A stretch of DNA of 64,000 bases, taken from positions 32,001-96,000 of the forward strand of contig CAWHEP010000005.1 of assembly GCA_963828525.1 (NCBI GenBank). The letters run 5' to 3'. Source of the DNA: an uncultured Verrucomicrobiae bacterium. Lineage in GTDB: Bacteria; Verrucomicrobiota; Verrucomicrobiia; Chthoniobacterales; Chthoniobacteraceae. The notes under the pieces were generated by a model. The model ran no database searches. It was not told the DNA's origin and worked only from the letters and a program-made list of their open reading frames with translations. A program made the position numbers and the translations under genes. This document shows, in pieces, positions 47,055 to 56,688 of this stretch. Every line of letters begins with the position of its first letter. Position 1 is the first letter of the stretch.

Positions 47055-50000
47055 ATGTCATTCGCGCTTCGCCATCCGCTATCCTTACCTGATCATCGTC
47101 ATTTGCCTGATGGTCTGCGTCATCGGCGTCACGAGCATCGTTCGGATGCCGGTCGATCTGTTCCCGGCGATCAGGATTCCCGTCGTGGTCGTGGCGACCT
47201 TCTTCTCCGGCATGCCGCCCGAGCAGATCGAGAACGATATCACCGGGCGCTTCGAGCGCTTCTTTACCCTGGGCAGCGGCATCGATCACATCGAGTCGCG
47301 TTCCCTGCCGGGCGTGAGCCTGATCAAGGTTTATTTCCAGCCGGGCACCAACGCCGACTCGGCCGTCACGACCATTTCGAATCTCGCGATGGCCCAGCTG
47401 CGGCGGCTGCCGCCCGGCACTCTCCCGCCGGTGGTTCTGAAGTTCGACGCCTCCAGCCTGCCCGTCTGCCTGATCACGTTGAAGGGCGAAGGCCTCAACG
47501 AAACACAACTGCGCGACCTCGGGCAGTTTGCCGTCCGCAACCAGGTGGCGAATGTTCCCGGCGCCTCCGTGCCGCAGCCTTTCGGCGGACGGTATCGCCA
47601 GATCATGGTCTATGTCGATCCGCTCAAGCTGGAGGCGCATCAGCTCAGCGTCATGGACGTGGTGCGCTCGGTGAACGATTCCAACCTCATCCTGCCCGCC
47701 GGCGACGTGAAGATCGGCCCGATCGACTACGGCCTCTATACCAACAGCCAGTTGCGCGGCGATCGAGGACATCAACCGACTGCCGCTGAAGACGGTCGAC
47801 GGGAATCCGGTGATGGTCGCGCGATGTCGGCCAGCGCGAAGGATGGCGCGCAGATTCAGACCAACATCGTGCGCATCGACGGCCAGAGATCCGCCTATCT
47901 GCCCGTGCTCAAGCAAGGCGGCGACGCCAATACCATCGCCGTGGTGAACGGCATCAAAAAAGCGGTCTCCGACTTGCTGGATGTCCCGAAATCGCTCGTC
48001 GCCAACGTCGTGTTCGACCAATCCGTTTTCGTCAAAACAGCCATCGAAAACCTCCTTCACGAAGGCGCCATCGGCCTCGTTCTCACCGGCTTGATGATCC
48101 TCATCTTTCTCGGGAAACTTCCGCGCGACGGTCGCGGTCTTTCTCTCCATCCCGCTCTCCGCGCTCGCCACTTTCATCGCGCTTTCGTTTGGGGACAACT
48201 CCATCAACTGCCATGATTCTCGGCGGCCTCGCGCTCGCTTTCTCGCGGTCTGATCGATAACTCCGTCGTCGTCCTGGAAAATATTTTCCGCCATATGGAA
48301 CTGGGCGAGTCGCCCGAGGTCGCCGCGGAGAAGGGCGGCGCGGAGGTCGCGCTGCCGGTGCTCGCTGCCACGCTTACGACCGCCGTCGTCTTTTTCCCGG
48401 TGACGTTCCTCTACGGGGTCAGCCGGTTCCTTTTCTCCGCCCTCGCGCTGTCCGTGGTGCTTTCGCTCTTTGCCTCCTACATCGTCGCGATGACCGTGGT
48501 GCCGCTTTTCTGCGCGAAGCTGATCAAGGCGCATCCAGGAGCACGACGCCGCACGGCGGCAGCCGCGCGCCTCAGCGTCCATGTGGGGAGCGTTTCAATC
48601 ACTGGTTCAATCGCGGTTTCACTGCGTTTCTCGATCGCTTCGACCGCACGCAGACGCTCGCCCTGGCGCGCCCGGCTGACCACGGTCATCGCGATCCTGG
48701 GCGTTTTTGTGCTGAGCTCTGCTCTGGTTCCCGCGCTCGGCCTGGCTTACTTCCCGCGCACCGATCCCGGGCAGTTTGTCATCAATCTCAAAGCGCCCAC
48801 CGGCACGCGCCTCGAGGTCACGGAGCAGGAAGTTGCGAAGGTCGAGGACCTGGTGCGGCGGCATCGTCGAGCCGCAAAGATCTGCGCCTCATCGTCTCGA
48901 ACATCGGCTCGACTGCCGATTTCTCCGCCATCTACACCAGCAACTCCGCCTCGCACACCGCGTTTGTCCAGGTGAGCCTTCAGGACGATCACCAGATCGG
49001 CAGTTACGAATACATGGACCGCAGTGCGCAAGGCGATGAAGACCGAGATGCCGGAACTTTCCGCTTACTTCCAATCCGGCGGCCTCGTCGACGCCGTGTT
49101 GAACCTCGGGCCAGCCGGCGCCCATCGACATCCAGGTGAGCGGCTCGAATCTCGAAAAGGCATACGCGACGCCGCGGAGATCGCGCCAAGGTCGACGCGA
49201 TCCCCGGCGTAAGCGACGTGCTGATTCCGCAGGATATCGATGCGCCTTCGCTCCGGCTGGAGATTGATCGCATCCATGCCAGCCAGCTTGGGCTTGAGTG
49301 AGAAGGAAGTCGTCGGAAACGTCATCACCGCGCTCACGTCCGAACGGCATGATCGCGCCGAGCTTCTGGGTCGATCCGAAGACGGGCAACGACTACCTGC
49401 TTACCGTCCAATATCCGGAGGAATCGATCAAGACGCTGTCGGATCTGAAAGGCATCCCCATCGCGTTCCGCGCGCGAAGATCGATTCCACCCGGCTGGAC
49501 GCCGTCACGAAGATCGTACCCGATCCAGTCGCCCACGGAGGTGGATCACTTTCAACTCCGCCGCGTCATCGACATCTTTGTGTCGCCGCAAGGCGAGGAA
49601 CTCGGCCGGGTGGCGCGCGCCGTCGAGCGAATCGTGCAACGAGACGAAGACGCCGGAAGGCGTGCGCGTGGCCATCCGCGGCTCCGTGCAGGCGATGAAC
49701 TCCTCCTTCACGTCTTTCGGCCTGGGCCTGATCCTCGCCCTCGTCCTCGTCTATCTCATCCTCGTCGCGCAGTTCAAATCGTTCATCGATCCCTTCCTCA
49801 TCCTGCTGGCGGTGCCGCCGGGCATCGCCGGCGTGATGGTCATGCTCGTCGCTCACCGGCACGACGCTGAATGTCATGTCCCTCATGGGAATCGTCATGA
49901 TGGCCGGCATCGTCGTCTCCAACAGCATCCTGATCGTCGAGTTTACCCATCGGCTGATCGAGGATGGCATGCCGTTGCGCGAGGCGGTGCAGTTTGCCTG

Positions 50001-50253
50001 CCGCGTGCGTCTGCGCCCGATCCTGATGACTTCGCTCGCGACGATCTTCGGCCTCATCCCGATGGCGATGAAGCTCGGCACCGGCAGCGAAGCTTATGCG
50101 CCGCTCGCCCGCGCCATCATCGGCGGTCTGCTCGTATCGGTCGTGCTTACGGTCTTTATCGTTCCGGCCGCCATTCTGGTTGTTTATCGGCGCCGCCAGT
50201 CGGAGCGGCGGCAGTTGGTAAGTCAAGAAAGGGTTCCCGTGGGGGCACAATGA
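47055..50253 (+). CDS. RND efflux permease (AcrB/CusA superfamily; many frameshifts)
   Basis: MPVDLFP, GMPPEQIE, VVVLENIFRH, GIVVSNSIL and RLRPILMT. Confidence 0.9.
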
Positions 50254-51566
50254 AAAGCTGCGCTCCTATCCTGCTTTTCGCGTCGCTGTTCATACTCAGC
50301 GCCAGCGGACAGACTGTCCCCGAGTCGCTTAGTCTCGCCCGCGCGGAGGGAATAGCTCTTTCAAATTCCCCGAAGATTGCGGAAGCTTATTTTACGACGC
50401 AGGCGGCGAATCAGGCCGTCCGGCAAGCGCGCTCTGGCTTGTTTCCGCAGGCCGAATTGGACGCCGCCGCCGTCGGCGCAAACAAGGGGGCGCGCCTCGG
50501 TTCCACAGGTGGCCTGAACAATCCATCTGTCTTTAATCGCGAGTCTAATGGAATCAACGTCAGCCAGTTGATCACGGATTTCGGACGAACATGGGCTCTC
50601 ACTTCCGCGTCCCGGTTTGACGCGCTCTCCCAAGCCGAGAGGGAACGCTATATTCATGGGCAGGTGATCCTCATTGTGGACGTCGCGTACTTTAGCGCCC
50701 TGCGCGCGGAGTCTGTTCTCCGGGTGGCGACGGAAACGGTCAAGGCGCGCGGCGTGGTGTTGGAGCAAGCTTCCGCGCTCGCGAAAACCCAGATTAAGTC
50801 GGGCCTCGACGTGAGTTTTGCGCGTGAAAATGTCGCGGAAGCCAGGCTTCTTCTGCTGCAGGCTGAAAACGACGTCGCTGCTTCCATGGCAGACCTGTCC
50901 GCTGCTCTTGGCTATCGGGAGACGCGGGATTTCAGGCTCGTCGATGAACCGCAGTTCCCTTTCCCCAACGCTTCGGTCGAGTCGCTTGTGGCCCAGGCGC
51001 TTGCTAAACGGCCTGAAATTGCCGCGCTCCGCGATCAGGAAGAGGCCGCGCTCAGAATCGTGAACGCGGAGCGCGCTGCTCGTCTCCCGAAGGTGACGGC
51101 TCTCGCAAGCATTGGCCGCACGGTCACAGGCGGCGCGCCAGTGGAAGGAGATTACGCGGCGGCAGGCATCAATGTGGAACTCCCGATCTTCACGGGCGGC
51201 CGCTTATCGTCACGCTACGATGAAGCTCGCCTTCGAGCCTCAGCCACCCGCAAGCAGCGCGAGGACGAGGAGAACGAAGTTGTGAGGACGGTGCATGTCG
51301 CTTGGCTGACGACAACAACTTCGTTGAAGAGAATCGCTGTAGCGAAGGAGTTTTTGGAAAGCGCCTCCGATGTATTCTCACTTGCGGGTTCGCGCTTCCG
51401 CCTCGGACTGACCTCCATGATAGAGCTAACACAGGCGCAATTAAGCGAGACTCAGGCGCAAATCGAGTTCGCCTCGGCAAAGTATGACTATCAGATTGCC
51501 AGATCTCGGCTCGAGTTTGAGATCGACGGCTTCAGATACCGCAAAAACCCGGGCGACTCGCGATAG
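50250..51566 (+). CDS. TolC-family outer membrane efflux protein
   Basis: Signal peptide, ARSGLFP, ARLP and ELPIFTGG; ATGA overlap with the RND stop. Confidence 0.88.
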   Translation: MKSCAPILLFASLFILSASGQTVPESLSLARAEGIALSNSPKIAEAYFTTQAANQAVRQARSGLFPQAELDAAAVGANKGARLGSTGGLNNPSVFNRESNGINVSQLITDFGRTWALTSASRFDALSQAERERYIHGQVILIVDVAYFSALRAESVLRVATETVKARGVVLEQASALAKTQIKSGLDVSFARENVAEARLLLLQAENDVAASMADLSAALGYRETRDFRLVDEPQFPFPNASVESLVAQALAKRPEIAALRDQEEAALRIVNAERAARLPKVTALASIGRTVTGGAPVEGDYAAAGINVELPIFTGGRLSSRYDEARLRASATRKQREDEENEVVRTVHVAWLTTTTSLKRIAVAKEFLESASDVFSLAGSRFRLGLTSMIELTQAQLSETQAQIEFASAKYDYQIARSRLEFEIDGFRYRKNPGDSR

Positions 51567-51572
51567 ACGCTT

Positions 51573-52082
51573 TCAGCGAAGTCTAGCCACAGCGGTGGCG
51601 CTATCGAGGAGGCTTCCCATTGATGCGGCTTGTGTCCATCGCTCGCCGACCAGGGGTTCACTGCTTGCTGTAAGAACTACAGTCACCCTCCCGCTATTGG
51701 TGACTGTAGCGATCTCCGAGGTGGGCAACAACTCGATGTTTGTTCCGATGATCTGACGGTGGATCGCCGCGACACGTAGTTTAGCCCCGCTCTTTGCCCG
51801 AACGAAGAAAACCCCCGTCGCGCGTTCACATTGAACGCCGGGCAGCGCAAAATCAAACCGCTCATCGTGGCGAGGCTCGACTCTGGAGACGTAGTCCACG
51901 TTGCTGAACGTAATGGATGCGACCAGCGCTTGTCGGGCTGGAATCCACCGCAGTTGGCGCCACAGAATCGTGCCAAAAGAATACGTCTGCGCCGTGTCCG
52001 GACTTTGAACCCTCACGACGTCAGCCCGGGCGAAGGCAAGAGAAAATAAGAACGTCGTTAAGTAGAGGAACGACCGGCGCAT
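51573..52082 (-). CDS. Secreted hypothetical protein
   Basis: Signal peptide ending in ARA; 169 aa. Confidence 0.55.
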   Translation of the reverse strand: MRRSFLYLTTFLFSLAFARADVVRVQSPDTAQTYSFGTILWRQLRWIPARQALVASITFSNVDYVSRVEPRHDERFDFALPGVQCERATGVFFVRAKSGAKLRVAAIHRQIIGTNIELLPTSEIATVTNSGRVTVVLTASSEPLVGERWTQAASMGSLLDSATAVARLR

Positions 52083-52137
52083 GGGAGTAATCTCGCGCTC
52101 CGGTCCAGGCGCGTCAATACTTCATGGGTGTTTCACG

Positions 52138-52155
52138 CTGTTACGTAAACGTCAC
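52138..52155 (+). promoter_or_regulatory. Pho-box-like tandem repeat
   Basis: CTGTTAC-GTAA-ACGTCAC compared with the consensus CTGTCAT-N4-CTGTCAY; lies upstream of a porin. Confidence 0.35.
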
Positions 52156-52247
52156 ACTGCAAGCGCGCTTTTTCATTGCATCGGAGAAAGACGTCGAGCA
52201 AAAGAGACGGCGTAACTTTCACAATACCTTAGAAAGCGGAGACATTT

Positions 52248-53882
52248 ATGCGATTTGGCAGGAAATGGGTTCAGACGATTATTCTACTTTCGGCAACCGC
52301 CGTAGCGGCTTGTAACGCCACGGCCCAGGACAACGCGGCGCTACTGGACATGCTTGTGAAGAGGAAGCTTCTAACTGAAAAGGATGCGGATCAGGTAAGA
52401 ACCTCGATGGCGGAGGAGACGGAGACCACAAGCGCTTCCAAGATTAAGCTCTCAACGCCCGTCAAGGAGATGGATATTTACGGCGAATACCGGCTCCGGT
52501 ATTTTCACAACGACGCCAAAGTCGTCACGACGGGAGACACAGGCGCCCAGGACCGGCTGCGCTACCGCTTGCGCTTGGGCGCGGACATCAAACTGGGCGA
52601 CAATTTTCTGATCGGCTTCCTTCTGGAGGCAAATAACAGCGCGCACTCCGCGAATGTCACGCTCGGTAATTCCGCTTCCACGCAGCCGGATTCGCAGGTG
52701 TTCAACAAAGCGACGATCTCGACCGGTACCGCGGTCACAGGTGTAACGACGGGCACAGTCATCACGGGCATTAACCCGGCGACGGGCAAGCCCATCAAGG
52801 GAACGGTGGTAACGGGAGTGAAAACCGGCTCCGTCGTGACTGCTGTGAATTTTCAGGACACAGTTTTCTTCGGGGAAGCGTATGGGAAATATTCTCCCGT
52901 GGAGTGGGCGACGATTTACGCGGGAAAGATTCCCAATCCTTTCATCACAACCAGGATGCTCTGGGATCCGGATGTGTACCCGGAAGGGTTTGCGGAGCAA
53001 TTCAAGTTCACGCTTGGGCCTTGGGGAACAGGGAAGCCTGCACCCGCGCAGCGCGCGGGCGGCGATGGCAAGATGATCGCCGCTTCCTCAAGTTCCAGCG
53101 AAGGAGTGACCGTGGATGTATTCGCAAACTTCGGTCAGTTTATTTACGAGAATTCCGTTCAGAACACATTCAACAGCAGCACCGGTGTTCAGACGCCGGG
53201 ACATAGCGACCTGTGGATGATGGGGTGGCAGGTCGGCGCGAACGCTCACTTTACCAAAAATATTTCCCTCCAGGTGGCGCCTGCGATCTACAATTATGTG
53301 GGCAAAGGGAACATCTTCTCCACTCCGTTTAATGGCGACGGTCCGCAGGTCGTCCTGGACAATAACGCGAAGCTTGCCCTCGTCACGTTCAACACCATAG
53401 GCGTGAACGATCTTCTCGTTTACGACTCCCCTGTGGAGTTTGACTGGAAGATGTGGGGGCTTCCCTTCAATTTGACAGGTGATTTCGCGATTAATCTCGA
53501 CGGTGCCGCCAGAGCAAGGAACGCGGGCCACGCCGGCAAAGGGGATGAGGATATTGCTTACCAGGTTGGCGCGGGGGTGGGTCAGAACAAGAAGGCTGGC
53601 GATTTCCAGTTGCTCGGCTTTTACGAATATCGCGGCCAGTATGCCATCGATCCGAACGTCACCGATGACGACATTTTCGATGGGCGATTGAACATGGAGG
53701 GTTTCTACCTTCAGGCCAGCTACAACTTCACGGACTATTTCTCTCTTATTGTACAGGGTTCGCATTCGCGCCGGATCGATCAGAGCATAGGCACGGCCGG
53801 TTCTGGCGCGCTGGGAGAACCCGCTGGGTTGCCTCTCCAATACGCGAACCACATGTATGTGGACTTCAGTCTGAAGTTCTAG
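52248..53882 (+). CDS. Putative porin (Porin_5-like)
   Basis: Signal peptide, LLDMLVKRKLLT, RLRYRLRLG, WDPDVYPEG and a C-terminal Phe. Confidence 0.8.
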   Translation: MRFGRKWVQTIILLSATAVAACNATAQDNAALLDMLVKRKLLTEKDADQVRTSMAEETETTSASKIKLSTPVKEMDIYGEYRLRYFHNDAKVVTTGDTGAQDRLRYRLRLGADIKLGDNFLIGFLLEANNSAHSANVTLGNSASTQPDSQVFNKATISTGTAVTGVTTGTVITGINPATGKPIKGTVVTGVKTGSVVTAVNFQDTVFFGEAYGKYSPVEWATIYAGKIPNPFITTRMLWDPDVYPEGFAEQFKFTLGPWGTGKPAPAQRAGGDGKMIAASSSSSEGVTVDVFANFGQFIYENSVQNTFNSSTGVQTPGHSDLWMMGWQVGANAHFTKNISLQVAPAIYNYVGKGNIFSTPFNGDGPQVVLDNNAKLALVTFNTIGVNDLLVYDSPVEFDWKMWGLPFNLTGDFAINLDGAARARNAGHAGKGDEDIAYQVGAGVGQNKKAGDFQLLGFYEYRGQYAIDPNVTDDDIFDGRLNMEGFYLQASYNFTDYFSLIVQGSHSRRIDQSIGTAGSGALGEPAGLPLQYANHMYVDFSLKF

Positions 53883-53896
53883 CACCTACGCCTGTC

Positions 53897-55570
53897 TCAG
53901 AAGCTAAGGATCAAGTCCCAGTAGTAGAACGAGTAGTCGTGCAGAGGATTTAGCGAGAACGCGTTGGCCGGGCCGCCGGTGCCCAGGTGAGAGTTCAGCC
54001 GCTGTCCATAGTTATAGGAGAAGGTGCTGGAGACGGCGTCCGTGAAGTTGTAACCGACAGTAAGCGCGGGGCCCTGCATGTTTAGGCGCCCATCAAAGAT
54101 GTTGTTGTCTACAAGGCTTGGGTCGAGGGCGAACTGCTCGCTGTGCTGCCAGTACGCCCGGAGTGTCCAATCGCCTTTCCTCTTCAGGTTGCCGATCTCA
54201 AAGCCCGCCTGATACGCTGTGTTCTGGTCGGCTTGATCCGGATGGCCCGCCTTCGTCGCTCGCTCCCGCGCATCCAGGTTGATGGCATAATCTCCGAAGA
54301 CGCTCGCGGGTATTCTCCCGAGCTTGAAATCGAACTCCACGGGCAGATCGAGTACCAGTAAATTATTGACGCCCGTTTGGTTAAACCCGGCAAACAGCCC
54401 CCGCGTAGCCCCTGGCGTCGCTACCACTTGCGGCCCGTCCCCCTGGAAGTTGGCGGTGGAGACATTCGTCGTGTGGCCGGTGTAGTTATACAAAGTCGGA
54501 GCGATTAGCAGCGACGTCGCTTTGCTGAAGTTGAACTTCGAGCCCCCCTGCCATGCCAGCAGGAATGTGTCGCTCTGGTCCGCGCTGGGAAATCCATCCG
54601 CTCCTCCGCTTGTGCCAAATGAATTTGCAGGGCTGTTTGCCGAATACACGAATTGACCAAAATTTCCGAACAGGTCGATCGAAAACTCATCTTTTTCGGG
54701 CGCCGCGATGTTCTTGCCTGTATTCACCGCGATCTTGTCAGCGCTGCTGAATGGCGTGATCGTATAACTGAACTGCTCCGAAAATCCCTCTGGGGTGATG
54801 TCCGGATCCCAGACCATCGGCGTGCTAATCATCGGGTTTGGCATTTTACCTCCTTCAACAGACAGCCAGGGGGCCGGCTTATACCGGACATACAATTCTC
54901 CCACAAAAACCGTGTATCCCCAGTTCACCGCAGTCACTCCTTTTCCGGTTGTGACGCCGGTGAGCACCTTCCCTTTCACCGTTTTGCCGCTGGATGTTAT
55001 CGCGCTGACCGCAGTCCCGGTGCTCGCGCCAGTCACAAAGGTTGATGTTGGAGCGCTTGCCTTGTTGAAAGCGGGGACGGATCCCTCTGTGACATTCGTC
55101 GAGCGGCCGTCGTTTGAGGTCTCAAAACGAAATCCGAACATCCAGTTGTCCGCCAGTTTCGCCTCAAGTCCTACCCGGAGTCGAAGGCGAAAGCGGTTCA
55201 CTTGGGAATGGTCGGAGCCGGAGTTCGGAGCGCCCTTTCCGGAGGGATGATCGTTGGTCGCGCCAGCTTCGTTTATCCCGAACCTCTCTCGGACATCCCC
55301 GTAGAGCTTAATCTCGGTGATTGAAGGCGAAAGAATCGTCTTCGACACGTTTGTGGACTCAGTCTCCCGAGCGATATCTGCGCGTGCGTTTTGCGCTTCC
55401 TGATCTGAAATCACGTGGTGCTTCACCAGGAGGTCTAGCACGGGATCGGTGTCCTGAGCTTGGATGGGATGCCGTGATAGAAGAAAGACGCCAAGGAGAA
55501 GAGTGCTCAGCCAGAGCCTGAATCTCCGCTGTTTCTGCCGGTGAGCGCGTGTTCCATGTTTCTCATTCAT
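53897..55570 (-). CDS. Putative porin (Porin_5-like), paralog
   Basis: LDLLVKHHVIS, RFRLRLRVG, WDPDITPEG and a C-terminal Phe; AAGGAG RBS. Confidence 0.8.
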   Translation of the reverse strand: MNEKHGTRAHRQKQRRFRLWLSTLLLGVFLLSRHPIQAQDTDPVLDLLVKHHVISDQEAQNARADIARETESTNVSKTILSPSITEIKLYGDVRERFGINEAGATNDHPSGKGAPNSGSDHSQVNRFRLRLRVGLEAKLADNWMFGFRFETSNDGRSTNVTEGSVPAFNKASAPTSTFVTGASTGTAVSAITSSGKTVKGKVLTGVTTGKGVTAVNWGYTVFVGELYVRYKPAPWLSVEGGKMPNPMISTPMVWDPDITPEGFSEQFSYTITPFSSADKIAVNTGKNIAAPEKDEFSIDLFGNFGQFVYSANSPANSFGTSGGADGFPSADQSDTFLLAWQGGSKFNFSKATSLLIAPTLYNYTGHTTNVSTANFQGDGPQVVATPGATRGLFAGFNQTGVNNLLVLDLPVEFDFKLGRIPASVFGDYAINLDARERATKAGHPDQADQNTAYQAGFEIGNLKRKGDWTLRAYWQHSEQFALDPSLVDNNIFDGRLNMQGPALTVGYNFTDAVSSTFSYNYGQRLNSHLGTGGPANAFSLNPLHDYSFYYWDLILSF

Positions 55571-55648
55571 GTAATCTCCTTAGTCCATTAAGTTGATAGA
55601 GTAAAGGTTTTTTGCATCGCTCGTATTTATAGATGGTTCCTTCTCGGC

Positions 55649-56556
55649 TCAGAACAATTCGCCTTGAGCTATGCGGGAGATCTGCGACTCCGCGGTCAAC
55701 TCCTGGAGCAGCGACTTGAACTCGCACTCCGTGACGGCCTTCAAGAGTTCGGGATAGCGCGGAGCGATTTTCATCTCTTCCAGCGGCATGGGAAGGGGAA
55801 GATCGGTGTCGAGTTTCACCATCTCGCGATTTTGCAGGATTTGCGCCCTGGCTGCTTCCAGGCTTGCCCGCGACTCGATCGCTCTTCACTTCAGCCATCG
55901 CTCAAGCAAGGCGTCCAACGAGCCGAACTCGTTGATGAGCGCGGCGCCCCCTTTGGGCCAAGGCCGGGCACGCCAGGGATATTGTCCACGCTATCGCCGA
56001 CAAGGCTCAGCACATCGCCGATCTTGTCGGCGGGAACGCCCCACTTTTTTCGGACGCAATCGGCATCCAGCAAAGCGTAGAGATCCTTTGGCGAGGCAAG
56101 GTCGGCCTTGTTCGTCGTATAGATTTTCACGCGCTCATCGACTAGTTGGAATAGATCCTTATCGTTGGTCGCCAGCACTACCTCCATGCCGCTCCTCACC
56201 GCCGCGCAAGTGTAGGAAGCAATGAGATCATCTGCCTCCGTGTTTGAAGCGCTAACACCCGCCAAACCCAGCAAAGGCGTCAAGTTTTGAAGGTAGTCGA
56301 GCTGCGGAACAAGATGTTCCGGCATCGCTGGGCGATGCAGTTTGTAGCCGGGCTGCAGTTCTGTCCTCCGATGCGGGAGACCGTCATCCCAGACGACTGC
56401 TCCGAGGTCCGGCCGCAGGTCGCTGAGCATCCGCCTTGCTGTTTTCACAAAGCCATAGATCGCGTTCGTAGGTTCGCCGCGGGAGTTGCTCAGGTTCCGT
56501 ATGGCGAAAAAGGAGCGGTATGCGTAGTAATTGCCGTCGATGAGAAGGAGTTTCAC
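55649..56556 (-). CDS. Stand-alone 5'-3' exonuclease / flap endonuclease (Pol I N-terminal-like; frameshifts near 55850-55950)
   Basis: LIDG, EADD, DKD and GDSVDNIPGVPGLGPK. The C-terminus NREMVKLD...EFKSLL...QGELF* is in another frame. Confidence 0.88.
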
Positions 56557-56688
56557 CTCTCCACCTTAAGCAGGAGACGAAGGTCTTTTCGCCTTCTTTT
56601 CGTTTGATTTACGCGAACGCATCGACAAAGCTCCGCGTGACCACCGGACACGCATCCGAACGGAGGCGGGGGCCTGCCAGGAAGGGCT

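Noticed and set aside
45086..48582. Long minus-strand ORFs (506 aa and 574 aa)
   Set aside because: Antisense to the efflux genes, with no protein motifs.
52248..55570. Invertible (phase-variation) locus between the convergent porins
   Set aside because: The paralogs are too diverged at DNA level, and no recombinase or inverted recombination sites were seen.
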